Source of the DNA: Chloropicon primus | Taxonomy: Eukaryota | DNA: 64,000 nucleotides | Reading direction: 5' to 3' | Assembly (NCBI GenBank): GCA_023205875.1 | Contig: CP060767.1 | Span: 62,001-126,000 of the forward strand | In this document: in pieces, positions 9,807-23,125 of the stretch | How positions within the stretch are numbered: position 1 is the first letter of the stretch | How the letters are laid out: each line of letters starts with the position of its first letter | The notes under the pieces: model-generated | Told to the model about the DNA's origin: nothing | Databases searched by the model: none | Seen by the model: the letters and a program-made list of their open reading frames with translations, nothing else | Position numbers and translations under genes: made by a program

Positions 9807-11616
9807 ATGGAGGTGAGTGAGTGAGTGAGTGAGTGAGTGAGTGACCTGAACCACGACGACGACCCTTACTCCTCCTCCTCCTCCTCAGCAGGAGCAGGAA
9901 CGTCCTCTACTTTGTGTGTGTGTGTGTGCGTCGTGTGGCATCCCATCCCATCCCATCCCATCCCAACTGCGGAATGGAATGGAGTTGTGACTGACTGAAC
10001 CATGTTGTTATTGTTTATGATGGTGACGTTGATGTTGGACAGGCTTCGATGGAAAGCTTAGTGAAACGTCTCGAGTCGGTGTGCGCTCGGTTGGAAGGAG
10101 TTGGAGGAGCACCTCAAGGTGTTGGTGTTGCCGCGGCGCCGCAACAAGGAACAAGTGGTGGCTCCGGTGGTGGTGCAGCTGGAGGAGCATCGGTCGAGGG
10201 CTTTCAGGCTCTGATCGATACCAAGGTGAACAAGCTCGTCAGCACTGCGTCGGCGATCGGAGAGGCCGACCTCGTGAAGACCACGGGCTTCCTCAAGACA
10301 GCTTTCGATGAGGAAGCAAAGGTATGTGTCCCAGCAGTGGAACCATGGACAGCAAGAGCAGGAGGTTGCTTCGTTTCTCCCTTTTTTTTTTCTTGCAAAG
10401 CAAGGCAAACTGACCCCCATGTTGTTCCTTTCGCCCACCTTTGTGAAAGATCATTGCTTGTGTCTCGAGCTGCAAGAAGCCTGATATGCAGACGCTTCAG
10501 TCGCTGTTGAAGCCGACCGCGGACCAGATTGGTGCGTGCTATGACTTCGCGGGAGACAGGAAGAACAAGGCCTTCCAGCACACCAAGGTGATGTCCGAGT
10601 GCATGCAGGGCCTGACTTGGGTTGCGTACATGGAAGGAAGCGGCATGTCCATGCCGATGAAGACGGTCCAAGAATCGTGGAACAGCGCCGAGTTCTTCGC
10701 GAACAAGCTTTTGATGCAATACAGGGGCAAGGACAAGAAGCAGGTGGAATGGATTACCACGCTCAAGGAGCTGATGACGGACCTTGCTTCGTACGTGAAG
10801 GAGCACCACGCCACGGGACCGGCCTGGAACCCGCGAGGAGGGGACGCCAAGTCCTTTGACCTTGGCGGAGCCAAACCTCCTTCCTCGTCCTCTGGCGGCG
10901 CCCCCGCCGCGCCCCCCCCACCTCCAGCGGGAAGCCTCACGCAGGCCAAGCCCGCGAGCGGCTCTGGGGCTGGAGGAAACAAGGCCGCACTTTTCAGCGA
11001 GCTGAACAAGGGCGCCGACGTCACTGCAGGTCTGAAGAAGGTCACGGCGGACATGAAGGCCAAAAACAGAACCGATAAGTCGGGCTTGGTGAAAGCTGCG
11101 CCAAAGCCAAAAAAGAAGGAAACGGGACCGAAGATTGGCAAGACCCAGTTCGCGGGTGGCAAGTGGTTCGTGGAGGGCCACGTTCAGAACAAGGAGATCG
11201 TCATCGAGGAGACGAAGTCCAACCAAGGTGTCCTGATCACGGGAAACACGGACTGCGTGGTACAAATCAAGGGAAAGGTGAACACCATCATCGTGGACAA
11301 CTGCAAGAAGGTCGGAGTCATCTTCCAGGATGTCATTTCTACTGTGGAGACCGTGAACTGCAAGAGCATCCAGCTCCAGCCGCTCGGAAAGATCCCGAGT
11401 ATTGCCATCGATAAGACTGACGGCTGCCAGCTCTACCTCGGCAAGGACTCTCTCGACACTGAGGTTGTAACGGCAAAGTCTTCTGAGCTCAACATCATCG
11501 TTCCACAGGGAGAAGACGACTTCAAGGAGATTGCTTTGCCTGAGCAGTTTGTGAGCAAGTACGACTCTGCTACCAACTCGTTTGTCACTGCCCCTGCCGA
11601 GCACGGAGCAGGCTAA
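9807..11616 (+). CDS. CAP1: Adenylyl cyclase-associated protein (CAP/Srv2), join(9807..9812,10043..10321,10450..11616)
   Basis: LVKRLESVCARLE N-terminus, poly-Pro, ALFSELNKG...GLKKV WH2-like segment, C-terminal CARP (IKGKVNTIIVDNCKK, TAKSSELN, LPEQF). First micro-exon less certain. Confidence 0.93.
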
Positions 11617-12571
11617 TTTTTTTTGGAAACGAGCCAAGCCCAGGTTTTACATGCATCAGATCGTCTCTTTTTGTTATCTCTCTCTCTCTCTCTCCTCGAA
11701 ATCCGCCAGGAGCTGGAAGCACCCCAACAGAAGAAGAAGGAGGCGGAGCAGGTCTCTTCTTCTTTTGTGGTGATCCCCATTGAGAGTTGTGAGGGGTCGC
11801 AACCAAGCAGCAGCCAGCATCTGTCCGTGGTTGTGTGCCGAGGTGCCACCCTGTCACCCCCAAGCCCATCGTTGCAACAAACCAGATCTCGAGTTGTCCT
11901 GTCCTTGCCATTGTAGTGGAGGACTGGATCACCGACAGGACGAACCTGACACGCGGTGATACGACGGACAACCTGCCTGAAAGGTTGTCGATCCAACGCC
12001 GTCGACGGTTCTTCTCTCAGGATCCACACGAGTTTCTTGGTGTTTATTAGAGAATTCCCGATGCGTCCACGTGGTTCGTTTTTCCTTCTTCCCTCCTTTC
12101 CTTTGGAGGGGTGTGCCGTCGAGGATCCTTCCAAGAACAAAAGGATACGCCGATAAAAGCCTTGGAGTTAGCCTCGACCACCATCCCAACCGCACCCGCA
12201 CCCGCACCTCCTCCTCCAGTCTTTCTTGATTCATCAGACGCACAAGACAAGACCCTTACCCTTACCTTTAGTGGCACCGAGCTGCAGCTTTGGGTGGCAA
12301 CCACAACAACAACAACAAAGCTCGCTCGTGACGTTTGGTGACCTTTGGGTATCGGTCGGGTCGGTGGTGGTGGTCCTCGAGGTCTGGGAAGGCAGCAGAA
12401 GCAAGGCAAGGAGCGCGCTTCTGCCCTGCCTCCCTCCCTGCCTGCCTGTCTGTCTTTGACAAACAAGTCTGGCTGCCTTGGTCTTGGTGTGACTCCTGGT
12501 ATGGATGTGCCAAGCACGAGTCCACAACAGCAAGTACAGGTAGTATAAATAGCATGCTTCTTGTTCCGCAG

Positions 12572-13429
12572 ATCTCCTATGAGGAGTTCAAGGGCGTGTA
12601 CGAGATGTTGGATATCTTGGACAGGGGGACCTTCTCCTTGGTGCGCAAGGCGGTGGTGCGGAGCACCAACGAGCTCGTGGCAGTAAAGATCGTGGACACG
12701 TCCAACTTTCCTGGAGCGGAAGGGGTGGTCCAGCGTGAGCTCGAGGCTCTCATGGTGGTCCAGCATCCCAACTGCATACAGATGCGAGCGTACTGCCGAA
12801 ACTCGAACTATGTGTACATCGTGGTCAACCTCGCCAGGGGAGAGGTCCTGGTGGATTGGTTGCAAGAGAAGCGGCAATGCACAGAGCTGGAGACTGCCAT
12901 CATTGTCCATGGGATCCTTCAAGGTGTTTTCTATCTTCACTCGAACAACATCGTTCACAGGGACCTCAAGCTGGACAACCTCATGTTTGAGTCTCCGGGG
13001 GACATCAATTCTCTTAAGATACTGGACTTTGGTTTCAGCAAGGTCTTGCAAGGGACAGGGGACATCCTCCAAACGATCTGTGGGTCGCCTCAGTACGTCG
13101 CTCCCGAGATATTGAACATGACTTCGTCTGGGACGAACCAGCCGATACCCTACACGCACGCAGTGGACGCATGGAGCATCGGGGTGATCATGTACATGCT
13201 TATAGCCGGCTATGCCCCGTTCGACGAGGACAACGAGATGAAGATGTACCACAAGATCATTCAGGGAGAGTTTTCCTTCCACTCCGCGCCTTGGGACAAC
13301 GTCTCCAACCAGGCCAAGGAGCTCATCTGCGGCCTGCTGAACGTGGATCCCATGAGGAGGATGACGGTCCCGCAAGCTATTGCCTCCCCCTTCATCGCCA
13401 AGTTTGCTCAACATTACAAGCAGCACTGA
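12572..13429 (+). CDS. CAMK-family Ser/Thr kinase (catalytic exon; 5' exon unresolved)
   Basis: LDRGTFSLV, VAVK, HRDLKLDN, DFG, CGSPQYVAPE, DAWSIGV, WDNVSNQAKELI; acceptor TTCCGCAG at 12571. Confidence 0.88.
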   Translation: MSYEEFKGVYEMLDILDRGTFSLVRKAVVRSTNELVAVKIVDTSNFPGAEGVVQRELEALMVVQHPNCIQMRAYCRNSNYVYIVVNLARGEVLVDWLQEKRQCTELETAIIVHGILQGVFYLHSNNIVHRDLKLDNLMFESPGDINSLKILDFGFSKVLQGTGDILQTICGSPQYVAPEILNMTSSGTNQPIPYTHAVDAWSIGVIMYMLIAGYAPFDEDNEMKMYHKIIQGEFSFHSAPWDNVSNQAKELICGLLNVDPMRRMTVPQAIASPFIAKFAQHYKQH

Positions 13430-13696
13430 ACTCAAGTGAAAGGAATGATGGGACTGACCTTTGTTTTGTGGATCTTCGCTGCCAAAGTATACTACCAAGT
13501 CCCGCGGCACCGACGACGGGCGTCACAACAAGAGTCACCACGCGACGCGATGGACAGTTTTTTACAATAACAAGTAACAATAATAATCGAGCACAAACAC
13601 CTCAACGTAATGAGGACTCCACTCCCACCACTCCACCACTCCCGGCTCCCCACTCCCGGCACTCCCGGCACTCCCGGTGGTTTGGTTTGAGCGAGT

Positions 13697-14418
13697 TCAA
13701 CCTCCCCGACTCGCCCTTCCCTTGAACGAGTCGTCGAGTATCTGCCTCAGGTCCCTCTCCCCCTCCTCCCCGTCCCCGCTCCCGTCTCCCTGCGTGGAGT
13801 AGTACAACAGTGCCGCCCCAGCTGCCCCAACCGTTGCCGCCATGGCCGTGCTTATTCCCAAAGCCTTGAGCTGGGAAGGGAAGGGGATGAGCAACGCCAG
13901 CCAGCCAGCCGCAGAGTTCAATGCAAGGCAAGGTGGTGTCAGTCCGCAGAGGGCAGTGATGGGATGAGCAAGGGAAGGAGACTCACCGCTGTCGGTACCG
14001 CCCGCCTGCGAAGGACGGGGTCAATGGCCCCAGCCTCGCTGGGCTGAAACCCGCACGGGATGCTTTCCACGAGGAAAGGAAAGGTGAGACACAAACAAAA
14101 AAGGAAAGGTGAGCCGGTCTCGGGTCAGCAAGCTGGAACTTTGTCTCGACAATATCTTGGCCACCATCATTACCTCGTGGTTTGCCTTCCCCTTCCGCCA
14201 ACCTTCCCTCCATCCATCCCCCTCGATGCCTTGGCCTGCAGGGGCTCCCCTTGCTCATCGAGTCCCTTCCGTCGCAGGAAGAACCTGATGAGGAAACTGT
14301 TCGCTCCTTCCTCGTTGAAGAGCGTCCCTCGATACAGCACGGTCGAGGCGGAGACGGCCGCCGTCGTGCAAGTGCATGCCGCACCCAGCGCTAGCCACGT
14401 CCCGAGCCCGAGCCCCAT
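13697..14418 (-). CDS. Small two-TM membrane protein, possibly TMEM242/Aim11-like; complement join(14174..14418,13987..14062,13697..13870)
   Basis: Three exons join in frame via GTAATG..AAG and GTGAGT..CAG introns; hydrophobic segments TWLALGAACTCTTAAVSA and LKALGISTAMAATVGAAGAALLYY. Confidence 0.55.
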
Positions 14419-14693
14419 CTCGTCCTCCTGGCCCACCAGAGTGGATGATGGAGAGGAGGACAGGAGGGATGGATTGGAAGGAGAGAGGGGAGAGGAGGGG
14501 AGCGGCACTCGTGCAGACCTCGCTCCCTCTTACTCACACACACACACACACACACACTCACTCTCTCTCTCTCTCTCTTTTGCCCTTGTCACTTTGCTCT
14601 GGAGGGGGGACGATGGAAGGTGCAGGTGTACAATACAACAATTGGACCAAGCCTCTTGCCTGGGTCGGAGAGGGAAGGCAAGGTGTCAAGATA

Positions 14694-15260
14694 TTACAGG
14701 GATCGTACTGCTGACGCAAGGTCCCGGCAGCCATCGCCGGTGTAAGCGCTCAACGCAAAGGATTGGATGTTCGTTGCTTTCCAAGAGGAGACCATGTTGC
14801 CGACTTGGGCGCGGCTCATGGTAAAGGGAGCGTCTGTTTTGGTGAAGATGGCGAGCAGAGGCTTCCCTTCCAAAGCTTTGGAGGAGGCCAAGGTCATGAG
14901 CTCCACGCTAGCCGTAGCGAAGGAGGAGTCATCCGAGAGATCAATGCAAAAGACGACGCCGGTGCACGCGTCCAAATACGTCTTCCACAGCGGTTTCATC
15001 GCCCCGCCAACCTCCCTCAGCGTGAAACATCTCTGGCCTTTGACTTTTACGGTATCCACGTTCACGCCTATCGTGGGAACCACGTTTGTGGAGAAGCCTG
15101 CTGCCTCTGCTGCCGCAGCGGCCCGCTTTCCTCCCGACTTGGCGGACAGGATTTCCTTCAACCTTCGGACGAGCAGGGTCTTCCCCGATCCCTCCAAGCC
15201 CAAGAAGAGAATCTCCAGATCCGTCTTCCCATCGCGGCTGCTCTTCTTCTTCCTCAGCAT
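14694..15260 (-). CDS. ARL16: ARF-like small GTPase, ARL16 type
   Basis: GLEGSGKTLLVRRL P-loop, PTIG, atypical G3 REVGGAMKPLW (ARL16-like RELGG.M.P.W), G4 TKTD. Confidence 0.8.
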   Translation of the reverse strand: MLRKKKSSRDGKTDLEILFLGLEGSGKTLLVRRLKEILSAKSGGKRAAAAAEAAGFSTNVVPTIGVNVDTVKVKGQRCFTLREVGGAMKPLWKTYLDACTGVVFCIDLSDDSSFATASVELMTLASSKALEGKPLLAIFTKTDAPFTMSRAQVGNMVSSWKATNIQSFALSAYTGDGCRDLASAVRSL

Positions 15261-15985
15261 GGCGTCCTCGCAAAAGCACGCCACGGCAGTTCCCCAGGCT
15301 CCTCCCCTCTCTACGCTTCACCACCTTACCGAGCACAACCAACCAACCTGCTGCAATCCAAAACCAAACCCCATCCGACGAGGTCGTGGGGCCTGAAGCT
15401 ACGTGCGACGAATCGTCAAACCTCGAGGACCTTCCCTCTGCCTCAACCCTCGTTCATCACAACCGCAGCACCGCTAACCCCCTCACCTGTCTCTCGCTTG
15501 GGAAAACTTGTCTCGTGCTCAGTTCAGGTGTTTGTCAAATCCTCACCAGGGCGTCATTCTCCACAAGGGAGGTACCCTGTGAAAGATCAAGCGATTTTTG
15601 ATCCAGTGGTACTCCTTCCACCCCGCTCTGCCTCTTCCCTCACCCACAGCACCGCTCCCAACTCGGCCCCTCTCTCCCAAGGCCAAGATCCTGTCTTGGC
15701 GCTTTCTCCTAAAAACTGGAGCATTTTCCCGCCACCAGGAGGGAGGAGGAGAGAAGCGGCGGAGGAGAGAAGCGGCGGGGGAGAGAGCGGCGGGGGAGAG
15801 AATTCAGGGCGATGGGAAGGTGTGGCGCGAATATTTGACTCCGTGCCTTTCCGTGGATACCTTCCTCGACGAAAACGGTGCTCCGTGAGGGAAGCAAGAG
15901 TCCGAAACTGGGTTGAGAGATAGGGAGGTAGGGAGGGACAGAGCCAAGAGGAGGAGGAGAGAGGGAGAGGGAGGAGAGAGGTAAC

Positions 15986-16864
15986 ATGGAGCCGTCGCCC
16001 TCGCCGTTGGATGGCGGAGCGGAGGGCGTGGATTTGCCCCCGGATTCACTGGGTGCGGAGGACTTCGCCCCTTTCAACGGCGGAGCGGGCGACAACGTGG
16101 CGAACGACGCCCAGCTCATGAGACAGGTAAGCGCGAGAGGGGTCCTTGGGCGGAGAGAGAGGAACGGGGAGCGCGGAGTGTTTGGCTTGGAACGAGGAGG
16201 TCTTCGCGGCAACAAGTGAGAAGGGACTCACACGCCGTTCGTTCGTTTGTTTGTTTGTTTTGTGTTCGCGTTCGCGTTCGCCCAGGCGTGGATCAACGAG
16301 TGCCTTGCCCCGGAGATCTTGATGTACAAGGAGGATATCGTGGACCGGACTCGGACCGAGATCGCGCGGCAGGAGAAGATCGTCGAGGACTACGAGCAGG
16401 ACCACGCCAACGCCTTGACACGAATGATCAGGCTCGCCGAGGTCAACCGGATCAAGTTCAGCCTCAGGAGCTACCTCAGGAAGCGCCTGAGCAAGATCGA
16501 GGCGTACGCGATCCACTTCTTCGCGAACGATGAGCTCTCCTCGCGTTTATCCCCCCAGGAGCACGAGTTCGCCAAGGAGTACATCCAGAACATGAACGAC
16601 CTGTTCCAAGAAAGCATCTTGAAGAAGATGCCCCGGGACTACGACTCCCTGCTCCACCAGTCGCAGGCCATGGAGTCCGAGGTCCCGGACATGATCCCCG
16701 AGCCCCACCTGGACAAGCACGTCTTCGTCAAGGTCACGGACGACCTGGGGGACATCCGGATCGACCGGGAGAACAGCATCCGGCTGGCGCAGGGGGACAT
16801 CTTCGCCATAAGGTACAACCTGATCAAGGAGTTCGTGGACACCGGGAGGGTGGAGCTCATTTAA
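15986..16864 (+). CDS. SLD5: GINS complex subunit SLD5, join(15986..16126,16286..16864)
   Basis: AWINECLAPEIL, RIKFSLRSYLRKRLSKIE, LSPQEHEFA, PHLDKHVF, RYNLIKEFVDTGRVELI. Confidence 0.93.
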
Positions 16865-17046
16865 TGGCAGAAGTGGAGGGAGGGGGCCGGGGTCCGACAG
16901 AAAATATAGGGGACGCGGGTGACAACGGACGATAATCATTGTAATGTGGATGTTTGTATGTTTAGTATCAGTATCAGCGACGACGATTGCGAGGGAAGGA
17001 AGGAGGAAAGAGGAAGAAGACTTGCGTTTGTGTTTGTGTTTGTGTA

Positions 17047-17089
<43 letters not shown>

Positions 17090-17546
17090 GAAAATCAGGA
17101 TGAGGGATCAAGGATCAGGATTCTCTTTCTTTCTTTGGGGAAGGACAAGACTTGGTTCTCCCGGCTGTCCTGTCTGGCTGCCTCTCCCCTTTCCCACTAG
17201 ATCCTCTTGATGTTGGTGGTCTCTCTTGGGATGAGATCTCTCGGGATTCCTGCGATGTGATTGGCTGAAAAGTGGATTAAATAAAAAATAAATTGAGGAC
17301 GAGGGGAGGCCTCCTGTAAGAACAGAACACGTCGATCGATCGCGATCACAACCACGACGACGACGACGACGAGGACGACGACGACGACGACGAGGACATT
17401 GACATTAGCGCGCGCGCGCTCTGCCGGAAGGGAAGGAGGAAAAGAACCAACCGCACGCGCACACGCACTTTTGCTTCTTCGGTTGTTGTGAAAACTTCTT
17501 CAAGGCCTTGTTGTTCTTCATCTTCAATCTTCAATCTTCAATCTTC

Positions 17547-20500
17547 ATGAAGAGCCAGAGGGTACAGAGGAAGATGGGGACGTCGTGCGGGTCGGCGGTG
17601 ACCTCGCAGACGCGCATGGGACGCGCGCGCGTCTGCGTGCCGTCGTCGAGGAGGAGAACGAGCCAAGGTTCGTCGTCTCTGCAAGGTCTGGCGCGTCACG
17701 TCGTCGCACGGGCTGCGATGACGGAGGCTCCGGAGAGGTCTCCCTCCCCGAGCCGCGTGGACCTGAGGGACGAGGGATCCCCGACCGCCAATGGGTTGTT
17801 CACGAACACGAACCCGGAGTGCAGGAGGGTCGTGCCTAGCGAGAAGCAGATGGAGGGGAAGACGACGACCGTCAAGGTGGTGTACGTGGTGCTGGAGGCC
17901 CAGTACCAGGCCAGCTTGTCCGAGGCCGTGGAGAAGCTGAACAACAGAGACGCGGTGACCTCAGGGGGCGTGGGCGTCGAGATTGTGGGCTACCTCCTCG
18001 AGGAGCTCAGGGACGCGAAGAACTACGAGGAGTTCAAGAAGGACGTCGAGACCGCGAACGTGTTCATCGGCTCGCTGATCTTCATCGAGGAGCTCGCCGA
18101 CAAGGTGATCGACGCCGTGCAGCCCCAGAGGGAGAGGCTCGACGCCTGCCTGGTCTTCCCCTCCATGCCGGCGGTGATGAGGCTGAACAAGCTCGGGTCC
18201 TTCTCCATGGCGCAGCTTGGCCAGTCCAAGTCGGTCATCTCCAGCTTCATGAAGAAGAAGAAGCAGCAGGGCTCCGGCGGCTTTGAGGAGGCCATGCTCA
18301 AGCTCGTGAGGACCCTGCCCTCCGTGCTCAAGTACCTCCCCTCGGACAAGGCCCAGGACGCGAGGAACTTCATGCTTTCCCTGCAGTACTGGCTCGGGGG
18401 GTCCGCGGAGAACCTGGAGAACTTCCTGCTCACCATCGCCAAGGCCTACGTCCCGGAGGCCAGCAAGCTGGCCTCCGTCCAGATCGCGGAGCCCGTGGTC
18501 TTCCCGGACGCGGGGATCTGGCACCCCATGGCCCCCACCATGTACGAGGATCTCAAGGAGTACCTCAACTGGTACGACACGAGGAGGGACATGAAGTTCG
18601 AGAAGGACGCCCCTGTCGTCGGCCTGGTCCTGCAGAGGACTCACTTGGTCACCGGGGACGAGGCGCACTACGCCGCCACCGTCATGGACTTGGAGGCCAG
18701 GGGCGCCAAGGTCATCCCCATCTTCGCGGGAGGACTCGACTTCTCCGGGCCTTGCAAGAAGTTCTTCTTCAACCCGCTGAACATGTCCAAGTCCTACGTG
18801 GACTGCGTGGTCTCCCTCACCGGCTTTGCCCTTGTCGGAGGGCCAGCCAGGCAGGACCACCCAAAGGCCATCGAGACCTTGAAGTCCCTCAACGTGCCTT
18901 ACATGGTCTCCTTGCCCCTCGTTTTCCAGACGACCGAGGAGTGGAGCGACTCGAGCCTTGGGCTCCACCCCGTCCAGGTCGCCTTGCAGGTCGCCCTGCC
19001 AGAGCTGGACGGAGGCCTCGAGCCCATCATCTTCTCCGGAAGGGACTCCAGGACGGGAAAGAGCCACGCGCTTCACGACAGGATCGAGGCCGTGTGTGAC
19101 AGGGCCATCAAGTGGGCGGAGCTCAGGAAGAAGCAGGTGAGGGACAAGAAGGTCTGCATCACGGTCTTCAGCTTCCCTCCTGACAAGGGCAACGTGGGTA
19201 CCGCGGCGTACCTCAACGTCTTCGGATCCATCTACAAGGTCTTGAAGGGTCTCCAGGACGAGGGCTACGATGTTGGCCAGCTCCCCGAGACGGACAAGGA
19301 GCTCATGGAGTCCGTCCTGAACGACACGGAGGCCAGGTACAACAGCGAGGACCTCAATGTGGCGTACAAGATGTCCGTCCCAGAGTACAAGAAGCTTTGC
19401 TTGTACCAGGAGGCGCTGGAGGAGAACTGGGGCCCTGCCCCGGGAACCCTCAACACCAACGGAGAGGACTTGCTCGTCTTTGGAAAGGAGTTCGGAAACG
19501 TTTTCATTGGGGTCCAGCCTACCTTTGGATACGAGGGTGATCCAATGAGGCTCCTCTTCTCCAAATCTGCCAGCCCGCATCACGGCTTTGCTGCGTACTA
19601 CACTTTCGTGGAGCACGTCTTCAAGGCCGACGCCGTCTTGCACTTTGGAACGCACGGCTCCTTGGAGTTCATGCCTGGAAAGCAGGTCGGCATGTCTGAT
19701 GGCTGCTACCCTGATTCCCTGATCGGAAGCATCCCAAACCTTTACTACTATGCTGCTAACAACCCATCCGAGGCGACGATTGCCAAGAGAAGGAGTTACG
19801 CCAACACGATGAGCTACCTCACCCCCCCAGCGGAGAACGCTGGACTCTACAAGGGACTGAAGGAGCTCAGCGAGCTCGTCGCCTCTTACCAGGGATTGAA
19901 GTCCTCCAACCGTGGCATTGCCATTGTCAACAGCATCATCGACAAGGCGATCCAGTGCAACCTGGACAGGGATGTGGACTTGCCAGAGGGTGATGCCAAG
20001 GACATCACCGAGGACGAGAGAGACATTGTGGTGGGCTCTGTGTACAAGAAGCTGATCGAGATCGAGTCCCGCTTGTTGCCTTGCGGGCTCCACGTCATCG
20101 GCTGCCCTCCCTCTGCCGAGGAGGCCGTGGCCACCTTGGTGAACATTGCCAGCATCGACCGCCCGGAGGTTGAGCCTCCTATCCTTGGCTTGCCTACTCT
20201 TCTCGCCAAGTCTGTCAACAGGGACATTGAGGAGATTTACCGTAACAGTGACAAGGGTGTTTTGGACGATGTCAACCTGTTGCAGGACATCACCATGGCT
20301 TGCAGGGAGGCGGTGACCGAGTTCGTCAACGAGAGCGTCGCAAAGGACGGGCGCATTGACGTTGCCTTCGTTGATATCCTTGGAAAGCTTTCTGGCGCCA
20401 AGGAGGATCCATGGGTCAGAGCTTTGAACAAGACTGCCTTCAAGAAGGCGAACAAGGAAGAGATGGAGAAGGTGTTCAACTACTTGAACTTCTGCTTGCA

Positions 20501-21806
20501 GCAGGTTGTCAAGGATGCGGAGCTCGATTCTCTCATGAAGGCCCTCAGGGGAGAGTACGTCGAACCTGGCCCTGGTGGAGACCCAATCAGGAACCCAGAT
20601 GTCCTTCCTACGGGAAAGAACATCCACGCCCTGGACCCCCAGGCCATCCCAACCAGTGCCGCGGTCCAGAGTGCCCAGGTTGTTGTGGAGCGCCTCATTG
20701 AGAGGCAAAAGCTTGACAACGGTGGCGCCTATCCTGAGACTATCGCGCTTGTCCTCTGGGGAACCGATAACATCAAGACCTACGGAGAGAGTCTTGCCCA
20801 GGTGATGCTCATGGTCGGCGTCAGGCCAAAGCCAGATGCCCTGGGAAGAGTGAACAAGCTCGAGCTCATTCCCCTTGAGGAGCTCGGAAGGCCAAGAATC
20901 GATGTGGTGGTCAACTGCTCTGGAGTCTTCCGTGACTTGTTTGTCAACCAGATGAACTTGCTGGATCGTGCCATCAAGCTCGCGGCGGAGCAGGAGGACG
21001 AGCCTCTGGAAATGAACTTTGTTCGCAAGCACGCCATTGAGCAGGCAGAGGAGCTCGGCGTCAGCGTCAGGCAGGCGGCGACGAGAATCTTCTCCAACGC
21101 CTCTGGATCCTACAGTTCCAATGTCAACCTTGCTGTGGAGAACTCGTCCTGGAATGACGAGGCCCAGTTGCAGGACATGTACCTGTCCAGGAAATCCTTT
21201 GCTTTTGACTCTGACACTCCGGGTGCTGGAATGGCCGAGTCGAAGGACATCTTCAAGAGCGCCTTGAAGACCGTGGATGTGACTTTCCAGAACTTGGACT
21301 CCAGTGAGATTAGTCTCACGGACGTGAGCCACTACTTTGACAGTGACCCAACCAACCTGGTGGAGGGGCTCAGGGAGGACGGCAAGAAGCCGGCCGCCTT
21401 CATCGCCGATACCACCACGGCCAACGCACAGGTCAGAACCTTGTCTGAGACTGTTAGACTGGATGCGCGCACAAAGCTTTTGAACCCCAAGTGGTATGAG
21501 GGCATGCTCGGCTCGGGTTATGAGGGAGCCAGAGAGATTCAGAAGAGGTTGACCAACACCTTGGGATGGAGTGCCACTAGCGGGCAGGTCGACAACTGGG
21601 TTTACGAGGACGCGAACGCCACTTACATGGAAGACGACGAGATGAGGGAGAGGCTCATGGAGACGAACCCGAGCTCCTTCCGTAAGATGGTCGCTACAAT
21701 GCTTGAGGCGAATGGAAGAGGCTACTGGGACACCAGTGAGGAGAACCTCGAGCGCTTGAGACAGCTCTACCAGGAGGTTGAGGACAAGATCGAAGGCGTG
21801 GAGTAG
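17547..21806 (+). CDS. CHLH: Magnesium chelatase subunit H
   Basis: Transit peptide, [49 protein letters not shown]-terminal EVEDKIEG; single exon. Alternative ATG at 17574. Confidence 0.98.
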   Translation: MKSQRVQRKMGTSCGSAVTSQTRMGRARVCVPSSRRRTSQGSSSLQGLARHVVARAAMTEAPERSPSPSRVDLRDEGSPTANGLFTNTNPECRRVVPSEKQMEGKTTTVKVVYVVLEAQYQASLSEAVEKLNNRDAVTSGGVGVEIVGYLLEELRDAKNYEEFKKDVETANVFIGSLIFIEELADKVIDAVQPQRERLDACLVFPSMPAVMRLNKLGSFSMAQLGQSKSVISSFMKKKKQQGSGGFEEAMLKLVRTLPSVLKYLPSDKAQDARNFMLSLQYWLGGSAENLENFLLTIAKAYVPEASKLASVQIAEPVVFPDAGIWHPMAPTMYEDLKEYLNWYDTRRDMKFEKDAPVVGLVLQRTHLVTGDEAHYAATVMDLEARGAKVIPIFAGGLDFSGPCKKFFFNPLNMSKSYVDCVVSLTGFALVGGPARQDHPKAIETLKSLNVPYMVSLPLVFQTTEEWSDSSLGLHPVQVALQVALPELDGGLEPIIFSGRDSRTGKSHALHDRIEAVCDRAIKWAELRKKQVRDKKVCITVFSFPPDKGNVGTAAYLNVFGSIYKVLKGLQDEGYDVGQLPETDKELMESVLNDTEARYNSEDLNVAYKMSVPEYKKLCLYQEALEENWGPAPGTLNTNGEDLLVFGKEFGNVFIGVQPTFGYEGDPMRLLFSKSASPHHGFAAYYTFVEHVFKADAVLHFGTHGSLEFMPGKQVGMSDGCYPDSLIGSIPNLYYYAANNPSEATIAKRRSYANTMSYLTPPAENAGLYKGLKELSELVASYQGLKSSNRGIAIVNSIIDKAIQCNLDRDVDLPEGDAKDITEDERDIVVGSVYKKLIEIESRLLPCGLHVIGCPPSAEEAVATLVNIASIDRPEVEPPILGLPTLLAKSVNRDIEEIYRNSDKGVLDDVNLLQDITMACREAVTEFVNESVAKDGRIDVAFVDILGKLSGAKEDPWVRALNKTAFKKANKEEMEKVFNYLNFCLQQVVKDAELDSLMKALRGEYVEPGPGGDPIRNPDVLPTGKNIHALDPQAIPTSAAVQSAQVVVERLIERQKLDNGGAYPETIALVLWGTDNIKTYGESLAQVMLMVGVRPKPDALGRVNKLELIPLEELGRPRIDVVVNCSGVFRDLFVNQMNLLDRAIKLAAEQEDEPLEMNFVRKHAIEQAEELGVSVRQAATRIFSNASGSYSSNVNLAVENSSWNDEAQLQDMYLSRKSFAFDSDTPGAGMAESKDIFKSALKTVDVTFQNLDSSEISLTDVSHYFDSDPTNLVEGLREDGKKPAAFIADTTTANAQVRTLSETVRLDARTKLLNPKWYEGMLGSGYEGAREIQKRLTNTLGWSATSGQVDNWVYEDANATYMEDDEMRERLMETNPSSFRKMVATMLEANGRGYWDTSEENLERLRQLYQEVEDKIEGVE

Positions 21807-21940
21807 AGTCGACGTTGCCTTTGGAGCCTGGGTTTAAGAATAAAATGTCAGGAGTTTTGTGGGTAGTAGACATAAATGTTACTTGTAGGGGAATTCATTC
21901 TTTTTATACATCCCGTGACGAGCCGCCTCACGTCCCGCGA

Positions 21941-23053
21941 TCAAGCGTCCAGGTTGAACGTGTGCCTCTTGGCTTTGTCGTTGCCCGTCATGCCTTTCCC
22001 CGAGCCTGTCACCCCAACCCTACCACTCTCAGAGGTCTTGAAGATAGATTCTTTCTTCCTCCCAGTCATGAAGCCCTTCTTCTTCTTGGAGCCCTTGCCC
22101 TGGACGAAGGACTGCCAGCTTGACTTCTTCTCGTTCTGCTTGCGATCCATCTCCACGAACCTCTCCTTCTTCTTCATGGATTTCAGAATCTTCTTCTTCT
22201 TGATCTGTGTCCTCTCGTCGTCGCTAGGTTTGATGACCAGGGACTTGGGAACCTCACTCGCAGGCTTTTCGGTCGAGAAGTCGGTCGCCTTTCTCAACTT
22301 AGGTGCCGCAACGGGCGCATACTTCCCCTCCTCGACCGTCTTGACCACTCGGTCCTCCCAAGGTCTCACCGCGTGCAAGGAAGCTTCCCTCAGCTTCCCG
22401 TCCTTGAACTCCACAACAAACGAATTCTCCTTGGCGTTGTACGAGCGCACGTAGCCCTCGCACCAATCACCCCTCACGTCATCACCGCCACCTCCTCCTT
22501 CCCCCTCCGCCTCCCTCACTCGATAAGCCTCGCACTTGTGGCCCACCGCCCACTGGGGATGCCCTTCACCTGACAGCGCTGCCTTGGCTTGGTTCCTGTG
22601 TCCCACAAACGAGTCAACAGCGTCAGTACGATGAGCACAAGCGAGTCGTCGAACGGGACCCCGCCTAGTCGGAAATGCCTGGCCCTCAGACGGATGGCTC
22701 CGTGCTTACCTTCGTATTTGCTCCTGCAGACCTGCAGGGATATTGGAAGAGGCTTTGAATTGTGGAGCAGCGCTACTGGTTGCTCCGCTCGAGCCATTGG
22801 GTTGCGGCGTTTCCCTGGGTCTCTCCCCCTCCGTTGGTTCGGGTGGACCGCTTGAACCCCCTCCACCCGTCTGCGTTGCGTCCTTGACGAGGTCTTCCGT
22901 GAGCTTGATCACTTCAACCAAGTCACCTTTCACTTGCTCCAACTCCGCCTTGTCGCTCTCCCCGAGGCCGTCACTCTCCAGGTGTGACGCCACCACCGAC
23001 AGCTGCGTCCTATACTCCGCCAGGCTCGACTTCAACTCCTCCAGCGACTGCAT
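21941..23053 (-). CDS. SPF30: Splicing factor SPF30/SMNDC1 (Tudor), complement join(22710..23053,21941..22595)
   Basis: EELKSSLAEYRTQL...DLVEVIKLTEDL, Tudor WAVGHKCEA, KSSWQSF...KKESIFKT..GRVGVTGSGKGMT. Confidence 0.9.
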
Positions 23054-23078
23054 CTTCCACGAACCTTTCACCTTCACC

Positions 23079-23125
<47 letters not shown>

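Noticed and set aside
11620..12500. Short ORFs upstream of the CAMK kinase
   Set aside because: No recognisable protein and no unambiguous splice path; may hide the kinase 5' exon(s).
17961..21332. 1123-aa minus-strand ORF
   Set aside because: Antisense shadow of CHLH caused by high GC3 codon bias; similar shadows occur over CAP, APC2, NOP56 and CDKC.
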